A stretch of 64,000 bases of DNA from contig NC_043007.1 of the NCBI RefSeq assembly GCF_006345805.1, positions 11,966,001 to 12,030,000 on the forward strand. Reading direction: 5' to 3'. Positions 25,601 to 38,984 of this stretch are shown piece by piece (position 1 is the stretch's first letter; every line of letters starts with the position of its first letter). A program made the translations under genes and the position numbers. A model generated the notes under the pieces. The model was not told where the DNA came from, searched no databases, and saw only the letters and a list, made by a program, of their open reading frames with translations. This stretch comes from Octopus sinensis (lineage: Eukaryota).

Positions 25601-26365
25601 GTGGAGGTGTGTGGCTTAGTGGTTAGGGTGTCAGCATCATGATCGTAAGATCGTGGTTTCGATTCCTGGACCGAGCAACGCATTGTGTTCTTGAGCAAAA
25701 CACTTCATTTCATGTTGCTCCAGTCCACTCTGCTGGCAAAAATGAGTAACTCTGTGATGGACTGGCATCCCATCCAGCTGGGGAACACATACGCCACTGA
25801 AACCAGGAAACCGGGCCCATGAGCTTGGCTAGGCTTTAAAAGGGCGCATTTATTGTGGAGACGCGTGGCTCAGTGGTTAGGGAGTCAACATCATGATCGT
25901 AACATTCTGGTTTCGATTCCTGGACCAGGCAATGCGTTGTGTTCTTGAGCAAAACACTTCATTTCACATTGCTCCAGTCCACTCAGCTGGCAAAAATGAG
26001 TAACGCTACTACGGACTGGCATCCCGTCCAGCTGGGGAACACATACGTCATAGAAACCAGGAAACCGGGCCCATGAGCCTGGCTAGGCTTTAAAAGGGTG
26101 CATTTATTGTGGAGGCACGTGGCTTAGTGGTTAGGGTGTCAGTATCATGATCATAAGATCGTGGTTTTGATTCCTGGATCGGGCGACGCGTTTTGTTCTT
26201 GAGCAAAACACTTCATTTCACGTTGCTCCAGTCCACTCAGCTGGCAAAAATGAGTAACGTTGCGATGGACTGGCGTCCCATCAAGCTGTGGAACACATAC
26301 GCCATAGAAACCGGGAAACCGGGCCCATGAGCCTGGCTAGGCTTTAAAAAAAGGGCACATTTATT
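25601..26365 (+). mobile_element. Head-to-tail trimer of a 254-bp tRNA-derived SINE
   Basis: Units start at 25601, 25855 and 26109. A-box TGGCTTAGTGG, B-box GGTTTCGATTCC. Flanked by direct repeat TAATTCTATGCTG at 25588-25600 and 26376-26388. Confidence 0.9.
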
Positions 26366-26447
26366 TTCATTTTATTAATTCTATGCTGACTTATTTGACA
26401 TCAAACATTTTATTTTATGCTTCTCTCATTTATATATTTCTCTCATT

Positions 26448-26550
<103 letters not shown>

Positions 26551-26729
26551 CATTCTGTGTCTTTCTGCTTATTTATGTGTATGAGGTGTATGAGCATGTC
26601 TCTTTTATGCATGTGTGAAGATAGAAAGTGTTTGTTTCAATCATGTTCATTTAATAAACTATAGTCTCTCTATTTCTGTCTCTGTATCTCTCTCCCCTAT
26701 TTCTCTCTGTCTGTCTCTCTCTTTTCCTC

Positions 26730-26779
<50 letters not shown>

Positions 26780-26954
26780 GTCCTCTCGTCTCCTCTCTCT
26801 CTCTCCTCTCTCTCTTTCTCTATCTCTCTCTGTTTATGCATATGATCATATTTCTCTCTCTCTCTCTCTCTCTTTATGTGTATGAGGAGAGAGGAAAGTG
26901 TTTATATCAACCATGTCCAATTTATCACTTGTAAATTTTCTCTCTCTCTCTCTT

Positions 26955-27017
<63 letters not shown>

Positions 27018-27509
27018 CCTTCTATTTCTCTCTTTCTCACTCTCTATCTATATGGTCTATGTATCTTATGTTTGTATGCATGTAAAATCTCTCTCTCTCT
27101 CTTCCCCTCTCTCGCTCTTCCTATCTCTCTCTTCATCTGTCTTTTTTGAAGGTGAAGGTGGTGAGGGTGGTGATGAAGGTGGTGGTGTGGGGGTGACAGT
27201 AGTAGTGGTGGTAATTGTGGTGGCAAGCAATGGTGGGGCTGTCAATGGCATAGGTTGGTGGTGATCGCAAAAGTGATGGTGGTGGTGGTGGTGGTGGTGG
27301 TAATGCCCACTTTGAAGTGTTGTGTTAGTTTCCTGTCTCGAAATTCTTTTGTCAATGAATGAATAGTAAAATAAAATTGCAGTAATGACAAACAAAAACA
27401 AAAAAAATCATAAGATACAGATCTAACTCCGTTGCAGAGCTGTATGGTTCCTGAGCAATCCATGTCAATTTGGTAGACAGCCTCTGTCTCATTGTTGTTG
27501 TTGTTGTTT

Positions 27510-27808
27510 ATTCCTTCTTGATCCATGCCTGAATCATAAGGACCAGTTTCCTGGTTTCACTAGCGTGTAGGTTCTCCACCTGGACAGGACGCCAGTCCAA
27601 CACAGGTGAGCTGCTAAATGCAGAAAGAAAAAGTGAGAGAAAGTTGTGACGAAGGAGTCAGTAGAAGTTCACCATTATTTTCTGCAAGAGCCGCATGGAG
27701 CTTTAGGTGTTTTGCTCATAAACACACACATCGCCCAGTCTGAGATTCAAACCTGTGATCCCTTGGCCATAAGTCCATTGCTCTAACCACTAGACCATGT
27801 GCCTCCAC
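27510..27808 (-). mobile_element. SINE family C (full head)
   Basis: Head GTGGAGGCACATGGTCTAGTGGTTAGAGC...; body homologous to 6220-6490. Confidence 0.75.
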
Positions 27809-27842
27809 TCTGTCTCATTAGTGTGGGTTTAATATCACACTT

Positions 27843-28168
27843 ATGCCATGCCAACTCCAGTGGGTCGGACATGTAGTTCAAATGGACGACGCGTGTCTAC
27901 CAAAGATGATCTTCCCTGAGCTGGCTTCTGGAGCAAGAAATCCTGGAAGGCCACTGAAGGGATACAAGAACAGCCTGAAGACTTCCTTTGAGGCCTGCAG
28001 CATTTCAGCCCATGGCAGGGAATTGCTTCCTTCTGACCATAGTGCCTGGCGTTCAGCTGTCCAAAAGGGTGTTAGGCTGTTCGAGGAAAAGTGCCTTAAG
28101 AACCTGGACCAGAAGTGACAAGCCCGAAAAGAGAGGATCTCACCCCTGTTTCTGCTGTTACTGACCAA
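27843..28168 (+). mobile_element. RTE LINE ORF C-terminal fragment
   Basis: QLQWVGHVVQMDDACLPKMIF.ELASGARNPGRPLKGYKNSLK...DHSAWRSAVQKG. Confidence 0.85.
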
Positions 28169-28171
28169 TGA

Positions 28172-28372
28172 CCCAACTCAACATGTGAACATTTGCAAAC
28201 AACTGCTGGCAAATCCTCAAGATGCCTGTTTTATGTGTCGAATTATAACTGAGGATGAAAAATGGATCCATTTTTATAATCCTAATAAAAGAAATCAGTG
28301 GCTTTGTTCAAGCCAGGCTTCATAACCTGTTGTCAAATAAGAGTGCTTTGAACAGAAGCTTGTGTTGTGTGT
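28172..28372 (+). mobile_element. Mariner transposase fragment (first catalytic D region)
   Basis: VNICKQLL...RIITEDEKWIHFYNPNKRNQWL. Confidence 0.7.
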
Positions 28373-29409
28373 ATACATACATACATGTGTGTATGTATGT
28401 GTGCATGTAATACGTATATAATAAGCTACTTTCACTTTCCATTTGCCAGTTCTACCCACAAAGCTTTGGTTGGCTCAAGATTATAGTAAAAGACACTTGC
28501 CCAAGGTGCCATGCAGTGGAACTGAACTCAAGACCACAAGGACGATAAGCAAGTTCCTTAACCACCCCTGCATCTATATCATCATCATCATCATCGTTTA
28601 ACGTCCGCTTACTATGCTAGCATGGGTTGAACGATTTGACTGGGGTCTGGGAAACCAGGAGACTGCACCAGGCCCAGTCTGATCTGGCAGTGTTTCTACA
28701 GCTGGATGCTCTTCCTAACGCCAACCACTCCATGAGCGTAGTGGGTGCTTGTTACATGCCACCGGCACAGGTGCCAGGCGAGGCTGGCAACAGCCATGAT
28801 TGGTTGGTGCTTTTTATGTACCACCGGCACGGAGGCCAGTTGAGGCGGTGCTGGCAACGGCCACGTTCGGATGGTTCTTTTATGTACCACTGGCACTGGT
28901 ATCACAACTACAATTTCCATTGATTTTTGACCGATTTTGATTTCATAAAAAATATTTAAAAAACACCAACCTAGATCATATCCAATAGCAACCAGTTCAG
29001 AACAATTAGCAAGAATTTGGTCTCAGCATCCTTTAACATAATTCTTTACTATGATTTTTACATCATCAACTATAAAAGACTCCATCAGAAAATTCTTATA
29101 AATGTAGTTTAGCCAATATATACATTGTGAAATATTTTCATCAGACTTCATTATCAAGTTTGATCAGTCAATTTACTTCAATCAATCTAATGATATCTTT
29201 AACAAAATCAGTGTGATCAATATATATAGATTGACCTGCTTCTCTAATCAAAGTAAAAAATCGATCACCACTTAATTGTTAAAAGTATTTTAGCAAATCA
29301 TATTTGTTTGTGGACATTTAACTATTATTATCAACATCATCATTATTTTATTATCATTCTTCTTGTTATTATTATCATTGTTGTTGTTCTTGTTGCTGCT
29401 GCTTGTTTG

Positions 29410-29797
29410 TTTGTTGAGCGAAGCGGTCTTCGTCCCAGAGCTCGCAAGATCGTGCCTCTATAGTGGGAGAAGTCCGAAACGTGGTCCTTTGCTATTCGTA
29501 AGACCCGCAAAAGAGAAAGCAGGTCAACCCCCGACACCGAGAGCATCGACGGATGGATGAATGCGCATCCAGGCTCAGTGGTTGCGTAGGAAGTCGGGGA
29601 CAAGAAACAGGAAGAAAGAGTGAGGGAAAGTAGGGGCGAAAGAGTACAACAGGGGTGGCCACCACCCCTGCCAGAGCCTCGTGGAGCTTTAGGTGTTTTT
29701 GCTCAATAAACACACACAACGCCCGGTCTGGGAATCGAAATCGCGATCCTCTGACCGCGAGTCCGCTGTCCTAACCACTGGGCCATTGTACCTCCAC
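29410..29797 (-). mobile_element. SINE with family C head and body and an alternative 3' tail
   Basis: Head GTGGAGGTACAATGGCCCAGTGGTTAGGACAGCGGACTCGCGG...TTCGATTCCCAGACCGGGCG. The tail ends GACCGCTTCGCTCAACAAACAAAC. Confidence 0.75.
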
Positions 29798-30099
29798 TGC
29801 TGTTGCTGCTGCTGTTGTTGTTGTTCTTGTTGTTGTTGCTTTGTGAACAGCGAGCTGGCAGAATCGTTAGCAAGCTGGGCAAAATGCTTACCAGTAGTTT
29901 GTCCGACTTCATGTTCTGAGTTCAAATTCAGCCAGGGTTGACTTCACTTTCCATCCTTTCTGGGCCGATAAAATAAGTACTAGTTGAGTATTGAGATTGA
30001 TATAATCAACATACCTACTTCCCCAAAATTTGCTGGCCCTGTGCCAAAATTATTATTACATGATGAAAACTCTCAGTTTATTTTGCTGGGTATGTTAAA

Positions 30100-30468
30100 A
30101 AGTGTCAGCTGTCCACAGCCAGCAGACTAAGGTGACACTTGTTTACTGGTCATGCTTCAAGAACCCTGTGAAGAATTCTTGCAGTTCCAAGCAATGCTGA
30201 TTTTTGTAGGTGTTCTACCTTTACGTTTGTACCAATCTTTTTGAGCCATATTAGTTGTTGAGTGCTGATAATTCCAAGCGCACCAACTACTAATGGCATC
30301 ACTTCTACTCACCTCATTGACCACAACCTTTGTATTTTCCTCTTCATATTGTTGTAGTTGTTCAGTTTTTCTTCTTCTTTCATTTTGATCCTGTTGTCAC
30401 TGGGACATGCTACATCGATTATCATGCAAGTTCTTTTCTTTTTTATTCACTACAACAATGTCTAGCTG
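30100..30468 (-). mobile_element. R4/Dong-clade LINE 3' fragment
   Basis: LDIVVVNKK...IIDVACPSDNRI...MPLVVGALGII...VEHLQKSALLGTARIL. Confidence 0.8.
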
Positions 30469-30469
30469 C

Positions 30470-32187
30470 TGGCAAGGTTGTCTCCTCTTGTTTCTCTTGT
30501 ACATAATGACTCTTGAGCCACTACTATACAAACTGGAGGCAGTGAGAGGTATCTCATGTGACCTAGGATGTGGGAGATGTGTGTCAGCATATGCCAATGA
30601 CATCACCATAGTGGCATCGGATCATAAACACATAGAAATGGTCGGCATCACTTTCGGGGACTATGAGGTGGTTTCAGGAGTGACAATTGACCAGGGAAAA
30701 TCAGTAGGCTTGTTGCTCAATACCTGGAGAAGCAAGCCCATGCTGTACAACTGGGTTGTTGGGCCCTGCATGGATGTACTGGTTAAACTGCTCATGGTCT
30801 GGTTTGGTCCAGACCTCCAGATGGACAAAAATTTGGATGAGGTAATGACCAGGGTGACTACCCTCACCCAGAAATGGACCGCGAGAAAGCTATCCCTGAA
30901 AGGTTGAGCAGCGTCCGTCATCTACTATTGCTTGACCATTGTGCCTTATCCCGGCCACCCTCTGATTATGCTGGAGCATATAGTCTTCTGCTTCTTGTGA
31001 AAGGGAGGCATCCTGATGGTCAGGTGGTCTATCTGCTGTCAGCACCCAATGTGTGGTGGCCTGGGCATGCTGTGGCTAATGATGTGCAAACATCTCTAGT
31101 GCTTCCTTGACGGTGAACAGGTGTGGTCGACATTTGCTAGATACATATTTCTGTGACTAGTTTCTTTAACAAAGCTGCAGTCCTGGTTACAAAAAGCAGT
31201 GGGGGGGGGAGCATTTGGAAAGTGGAATGTCTTCAAGTACTCACAGCCCTCAGCCAATTGGACAGTGCGATAGGTGGAACATCCACTTTAGCTTTTTATA
31301 GTGGATAAGTGGAGGAAAAGTGCAACAAGGTCCTTGAGGAGACCTTGGGCATCAAAGAAGATGAGCTAGTTGCTCTTTTCTGGAGAACTTTTGGGTCGGG
31401 AACAATGGATAATTTCCAAAAATCTCTGGCCTGGCAGTGCTATAATGGAACTTTGCCTATTCAAGATAAACTTTACAGGCACGGAAATGCCATCAGCCAA
31501 GCATGTCCAAGATGCATGCAGGACAACGAGAGAGTCCTGCATGCACTCATCCAGTGCCTGAGTATTGCTGACCTATGGGTTTATATCGAACACCTGATGT
31601 CACGTGTGGGACAGATCCAATTGTCAACTGAATCATCGTGAAGATCACCCAGCTACCTTCCTTAAACTGGGAAGGAAAGGCTGTTTTTATATGCCTGGTG
31701 GCCATGGTGAAAGAAGTTGTATGGTGGACAAGATTGAAGGGGCAGAAGACAAACACTTTTCTCTTTGGTCAATCCCTGATGAAATTCTTCAAGTTTCACT
31801 TGAAAGGGAAAATAAGGGCAGAGAGGGAAGAGTTGTATTCTAACCAGTTTGCTGAAACGTGGATGAAAGTGGTGAGAATGGTGCGAGAGAATGGGCCTGC
31901 CCTGAGCATATGCCTGTAGTTGGAAAAGAGGAAAGAAAAATGGCACCTGCCCCAAAAGTCAGGGTAGCCATGGTTTTTTATGGGGGTTTTCCATGAGCAG
32001 CCCTCGATCATCTCCTCCCTATTGAGGATCACACATTATTGATTTTTTTTTTTAATTTTGTTAGTCTTGTTTACATGCAAAACCCTCACAACAACACACG
32101 CTCACACACATACACACATTCTTTGTTTTGTTCTGTGCTGTCCATAATGTTTTTCTTAATGTAAACCTTTATGGTTAATAAAGAAAA
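30470..32187 (+). mobile_element. 5'-truncated L1/Tx1-clade LINE (RT, C-terminal zinc-binding region, 3' UTR)
   Basis: QGCLL..LLYIMTLEPLL...VSAYANDITI (YADD-like), VKLLMVWFGP, CPRCMQDNERVLHALIQC, and AATAAA at ~32177. Broken by stops and frameshifts. Confidence 0.85.
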
Positions 32188-32188
32188 C

Positions 32189-32245
<57 letters not shown>

Positions 32246-32249
32246 GTTA

Positions 32250-32580
32250 TATCGACCCCAGGACTTATTCTTTGTCAGCCTAGTACTTATTCTATCGGTC
32301 TCTTTTGCCAAACCGCTAAGTTACGGAGACGTAAACTCACCAGCATTGGTTGTCAAGCGATGTTGGGGGGGGGGACAAACACAACACACAAACATACACA
32401 TATATATATATATACATATATACGACAAGCTTCTTACAGTTTCCGTCTACCAAATCCACTCACAAGGCTTTGGTCAGCCTGAGGCCATGGTAGAAGACAC
32501 TTGCCCAAGGTACCACACAGTGGGACTGAACCCAGAACTATGTGGTTCGTAAGCAAGCTACTTACCACACAGCCACTCCT
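32250..32580 (-). mobile_element. SINE family A
   Basis: Family A head and body motifs. Confidence 0.8.
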
Positions 32581-32594
32581 ATTATTACTATTAT

Positions 32595-33125
32595 TTTTTT
32601 TTCCTTCTTTCTTCAAAGTTTCTTCCATTTCTTGCCGAGTGTTTTCCCTACACCTAGGACAGAGAAGCTCATTGTATGAAGCTCATTTCCAGATTACACA
32701 TGCAAATTCACAGGTAAAATATGCATTTATAAAAATTAATAAATAAATAAATTCATGAACAGATGTTGTTTTCACAGTGATAATGCTCTTCTCAGTACAT
32801 GAGCCGTTCCAGTTAAGACGATTTTTTGCACTTCCTGTAGGTATGGTAAGCCTGGTATCATTTACAAATAGGTTTCAGTACCTTTTTTTATCATTCCTAG
32901 AGATCCTACAATCACTGGTACTGTAGTCGCCTTGAGATGCCACATTTTTTCAATTTCTATTAGCAGGTCTTTATATTTACTGATCTTGTCAAATTCTTTC
33001 GCTGCTATATTGTGATCACAAGGATTACTCATGTCAATTAATAAAAACACCTTTTTTGTTTGATCTTTTATAATAATATCCGGTTTATTAGCTTTTATAG
33101 TTTTATAGTTTAAAGTGGGAAAGCT
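32595..33125 (-). mobile_element. R4/Dong-clade LINE 3' end (same subfamily as 45597-46572)
   Basis: TIKANKPDIIIKDQTKKVFLLIDMS...KYKDLLIEIEKMWHLKATTVPVIVGSLG plus the shared 3' UTR. Confidence 0.88.
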
Positions 33126-33162
33126 TTTCATATTCCTTTCTTGAGATATTTTATTATTATTA

Positions 33163-33209
<47 letters not shown>

Positions 33210-33212
<3 letters not shown>

Positions 33213-33585
33213 CTGTAGTTTTATTTTTATAGCATGCTTTCACTTCACTACGGAGCACAGCTGTGTGCTTTGAGTATGTGCTGTGATTTGCTGTGATGCT
33301 CTTATGGTTACTGTATTGAAAGTGTTTTGCGTAGGATGTGTGCAGTCCCCAGTAGTGCAATTTTCTGTATGTTATATATATATATATATATATATATGAT
33401 TATTATTGTTATTCTTCTTCTTCTTCTTCTTCTTCTTCTTCTTCTTCTCTTCTTCTTCTCTTCTCTTCTCTCTTCTTCTTCTTCTCTTCTTCTTCTTCTT
33501 CGTCATCTCTTCTTCTTCTTCTTCTTCTTCTTCGTCGTCTCTTCTTCTTCTTCTTCTTCTTCTTCTTCTTCTTCTTCTTCTTCTT

Positions 33586-33616
<31 letters not shown>

Positions 33617-33636
33617 TTCTTCTTCGTCGTCTTCTT

Positions 33637-33705
<69 letters not shown>

Positions 33706-33897
33706 TATTGTTTTTGCACAGCTCTAACACTGGAGATGTACTACAGTGCCAGCTGTTCCCTACCGATGAACTAAGGTAACACCCCTTAGTTTTCAAGCAC
33801 CATCTGGAGTATTCAATTGGTTCCAAGCAGTGCTGCTTTCTGCAAGTGCTCCACCTTTATGGCAGCCCCTATTTGTTCCATGTACTATTATTATTAT

Positions 33898-33928
<31 letters not shown>

Positions 33929-35400
33929 GCTACTGCTGCTACTACTACTACTGCTACTACTACTCCTATTATTATTATTAATATTATTATTATTGTTGTT
34001 GTTGTTGTTGTTGTTATTGTTATCATTATTATTATTATTTTATGTTTGACTTTTGCTTTACATTTGTACAAGTTGACTCCAAGTCTCACCCAGAGACCTC
34101 AAGAGACAACAAGTTATACCTAGGGTGCCATATATTTGGTTTGTACATAGTGTTGTTCTAGAGAATGTTTAAGATGCCATAAGAAAATTGTGTTTGTTTT
34201 AAAACTTGAGGTTACATACAAAGTATTTTGTGTAGGATATAGGCAGTTCGATCATCATCATCATCATCATTATTATTATTATTATTAGTATTATTACTAT
34301 TCTAGTGCATGCTAATTTAGTTAGCAGGTACTTTATCTTGAAATTTGGTGACAACAAATGTACTTTCCAAGTTTCAAATCCAATTTATTACATTCTTTTA
34401 GGAAGCATTTTGGGTGTTGTGCCAAGTGCACAAATTGCTACAGGAATAATTGTTGTTCACAGTCTTTTCAGTTCTCTGGCTGCATCCGGATATTTCTCAA
34501 ATTCTTCAAATAGTTTGGTATCAACTCTGCTATCATTGGCAATTGCAAAATCTATGATTCTTACTCTCTTATTCTATTGGTCTCTTTTGCCAAACTGCTA
34601 AGTTACGGGGACATAAACACACCAACATCGGTTGTCAAGCGATGTTGGGGGGACAAACACTGACACACATACACATACACATACATATATATATACATAT
34701 ATACGACAGGCTTCTTTCAGTTTCCATCTACCAAATCCACTCACAAGGCTTTGGTCAGCCCAAGGCTATAGTAGAAGACACTTGCCTAAGTGGGACTGAA
34801 CCCAGAACCATATGGTTCATAAGGAAGCTACTTACCACACAGCCGCTCCTACGCTCTATTTATTTCGTCTTCTAAAATCATAACTGGCTTTCTTGCTTCA
34901 ACAGTATGGTCAGTCTTTATGAGGCAATCCCACCTGTTCTTGTAATTCTCATTTTCAATCGTTGGCCTCTGGTTCATGTTCATACCACTTTTCTATTATT
35001 TTGAAGCCACATGCTTGGCTAACAACCAAATGCATTCTTTTGACTCTTTTGCCTAAACAGTCATGCCTGCACTTTATACTCCTTTCATGCTAGTATATTG
35101 CACTCACCCAAAAGGTGGTTGATATTTTTATCTTCTTTCCTGCAGATTCTACATTTGCTGTCTGACTGAGTTTTATCAATTCATTTCTTAATTAAATCTG
35201 TTCTAATGACTTGTTCCTAAAGTTAGCAATTCAGTCTCTAGTTTCAAGTTCCTGTCCATCAACCAGAGCCATCGTTCTTTACTTCCAGCATTCTCATTTT
35301 GTTGCATGAATTGGCCATGTAGTTCCATTTTTTCCATTTGTTCTGTTTATCTTCCTTGTGCTTTTATGCTGAGTAGTGATCGCATTGGTGGTGATATACT
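33210..35400 (-). mobile_element. Cluster of R4/Dong 3' fragments in (ATT)n/(CTT)n tracts; the 34300-35400 copy is interrupted by SINE A (34570-34855)
   Basis: Fragments at 33210-33370, 33720-33885 and 34035-34250 match other Dong ends in the window. 34860-35400 encodes a decayed CCHC knuckle (SKCRICRKEDKNINHLLGEC). Confidence 0.75.
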
Positions 35401-36177
35401 GGATGGACTGTGTTTATGTATAATCGTGTTGTATTATTGTTTTTACTGTTTACACAACCTGCACAACACAATCAATGTCCAGCAGAATAACACATTTCAC
35501 ACACCACATAATCTATACAACAAATGAATAAAATACGCGATATAACATAAAAAATGGCAAACACTAAATCTACAACAAGGGAAATTATGTCATTATCATC
35601 ATCATCATTATTGTCGCCATCATCATCACCATTTTCATCTTCATCATCATCATTATCTTTGTCATCATTATTGTCACCATCATCATCACCATTATCATCA
35701 TCGTCATCATCATCATCATCATCATCATTCTCATTATCATCCTCATCATCATCATCATCATCATCATTGTCACCACCATCATCATCATCATCATCATTAT
35801 CTTTGTCGTCGTCATCATCATTGTCACCATCATCATCACCATTCTCATTATCATCCTCATCCTCATCATTATTATTTTCGTCATCATTGTCACCATCATC
35901 ATCACCATTCTCATTATCATCCTCATCCTCCTCATCATCCTTATTATTTTCGTCATCATTATCATTATCATCATCATCATCATCATCATCATTTAACGAC
36001 TACTTTTCCATGCTTGCATGGGTCAGATGAAATTAGTTGTGACAGATTTTTCTACAGCCTGATGCCCTTCTTGTCACCAAGCGTCACCTGTTTTAAAGCA
36101 AGCAATATTTCCCCAAGACTACAAATGAACAACATTGCTCGTATTAACATGATGTCAATACAACAGTACACACAAAC

Positions 36178-36674
36178 ATACACACATACGACAGGCTTCG
36201 TACAGTTTCCATCAACCAAATCCACTCATACAGTTTTAGTTGGACAGGGGCCATAGTAGGAGGAACTTGCCCAAGGTACCACACACTGAGATAGAACCTG
36301 AGACCACATTGTTAAGAAGCTTCTGACAATAATAGCCATGCCTGTCCAAAATGTATCATAAAAATGCAATTCTATAGATTAAAAAAAATACTGCATAATA
36401 CACTTCAGCAATACAGAAGTCCATCAGGTGATGAAGTTACTCTTTTACTTGTTTCAGTCACTTGACTGTGGCCATGTTGGAGCACCGCCTTTTAGTCAAG
36501 CAAATTGACCTCAGGTCTTATTCTTTGTAAGCCTAGTACTTATTCTATTCTATCGGTCTCTTTTGCCAAACCACTAAGTTACGGGGACGTAAACACACCA
36601 GCATCAGTTATCAAGCAATGTTGTAGAGACAAACACACACGCAAAACATATACATACACACACACACACACACA

Positions 36675-36766
<92 letters not shown>

Positions 36767-38182
36767 GGCTTCTTTCAGTTTCCGTCTACCAAATCCACTC
36801 ACAAGGCTTTGGTCGGCCTGATGCTATAGTAGAAGACACTTGCCCAAGGTGCTATACAGTGGGCCTGAACCCGGAACCATGTGGTTCATAAGCAAGCTAC
36901 TTACAACACAGCCACTCCTATGCCTATTGATGCTTTCATAAAGCTGTCTTGTGGTGGTTAAGAAAGAGTATATGCTACGTGGGTTGTGTTATATTACTGG
37001 ATGCAGTTGTGTAAATTGTGAGGCTTTTCAAAACTCATCATGCTAGTAATTCCAAAATATACTAAAGAAAATCTGAAAATAAAATATAAGAAAACAACAC
37101 TCCATGGCCAATATCCTGCAAGGCTTGATTGACAGAAAGAAGCCACTGTTAAAGACAACAGAAGTTCAAATGCTCTGGGCTAAAAGCAGAAACAGAAAAT
37201 CTCTATTTAGATGTGCAGTACCAATGCCTCGTCACAAATAATTGCAAAAATGAAACCGTAATATTACAAAAAAAAAACTAAGATCAAGCGAGTGCAACAC
37301 AAATCAACAGAAGGAAGCAGTTTAGCATAGACATCATTAACCCTTTTGTTACCATATTCCTCTTGAAATATGCAGGCTTTGTTTCAATTGATTTTGAAAA
37401 TAATTAAGAATTTTGGGAAGTAACATTGTCATTATTAAGCTGGTGTTTGGAATATAAATTAACATGAGATTCCGATGGAAGGCTTTTTAATTTGGATCAC
37501 TTTGAAACGGGAATTTTGTATGATTGAATGAGGAGTGGTCACAGCAGGTGTAATATGAAAAGGGTGAAGCTGGCAATTATGTTCACTGAGTAATATGCCA
37601 ACACTTCAATGGATAATTAGTTTTATAAACATATATCAAACATGATACATGATAACAATCTGGCCACAATCATGAGAAACATTCGGACTGATAATGAAAT
37701 CCAAGCAATTTATTCAGATAAAATGATAATAATAATAATAATAATAATCTTTACTCTTTACTCTTTTACTTGCTTCAGTCATTTGACTGTGGCCATGCTG
37801 GAGTACCGCCTTTAGTCAAGTAAATCGACCCCAGGACTTATTCTTTGGAAGCCTAGTACTTATTTTGTCGGTCTCTTTTGCCAAACCGCTAAGTTACGGG
37901 GGCATAAACACACCAGCATTTGTTGTCAGGTGATCTTGGGGGCACAAACACAGACACACAAACATATACGCACGTACATGCACATATACATATATACATA
38001 TATATGACGGGCTTCTTTCAGTTTCCATCTACCAAATCCACTCACAAGGCTTTGGTCAGCCCGAGGCTATAGTGGGACTGAACCTGGAACCATGTGGTTT
38101 GTAAGCAAGCTACTTACCACAGAGCCACTCCAACGCCTATAATGATAATGGAATGATAATGAAATCCAAGCAATTTATTCAG

Positions 38183-38217
<35 letters not shown>

Positions 38218-38416
38218 TAATAATAATAATAAAGGATGGAACAAAAATGCCTGTAATCTAATAGATATCTTGATCTCTTCTGATCAAAACACTTCATGGG
38301 CAGAAATAGTAAAAAAACTCTGATAAAATAGAGAGATCTTGAAATTAAAATATGTAGGATGTGATCCATGAAAGCGAAACCATTTCCAATAATAATTGAA
38401 ACATTAGGTATGAAGA
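36178..38416 (+). repeat. Left arm of large inverted duplication
   Basis: Reverse-complement match to 40488-42480 across SINE, Dong relic, MITE and unique sequence. Confidence 0.92.
37337..37568. mobile_element. piggyBac-type MITE (mirror copy at ~41169-41400; related element at 42712-42933)
   Basis: TTAA|CCCTTTT...AAAAGGG|TGAA; the related element reads TTAA|CCCTTTT...AAAAGGG|TTAT. Confidence 0.65.
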
Positions 38417-38984
38417 AGACAACCATAAACTAAAGCGAAATTTATAGGAGGGATCCCAACTCTACATAGTATCCAAGGAACAGCCTTGTTTGGCACAGGC
38501 CCTCATCCTATGCTAGACACTTTCAATTCAGTAGAACTTGCAGTCACCATCCAATAAGACATCTCGAACAACACATACTCTTTGTAATCACCACCAAATA
38601 TCAAAATATATTTCAAACAGCTATTGTTCAATAAAATAGCTCAATAAAGATTCTTTCATTGTGAAGGTGAATGAACTAGTGGTTAGGGTATTTGTTTCAT
38701 GATTATACTGTCATAGTTTCAATTCCTGGACTGGGCATTATATTATGTCCTTGGACAAGTCATTCCATTTCATGTTGTTTTGATCTACTCAGTTGTAAAT
38801 GAGTACCAGCTGAGTATGGGTACAGTGATCAAGAGAGTCTACTGAGGTAGACTCAAACAATTAGTGAAAGCATAGTACACGTTACTAAGTTATACTCACT
38901 AGTAGGCTACAGCAACATGAAATGAGGTGCATTGCTCAAGGACATAATGTGTTGCCTAGTCCAGGAATTGAAACCATCATCATC

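Noticed and set aside
25601-25675. Possible tRNA genes (also 29725-29797 and 60475-60550)
   Set aside because: A and B boxes are present, but the sequences continue into SINE bodies and I see no intact acceptor stem.
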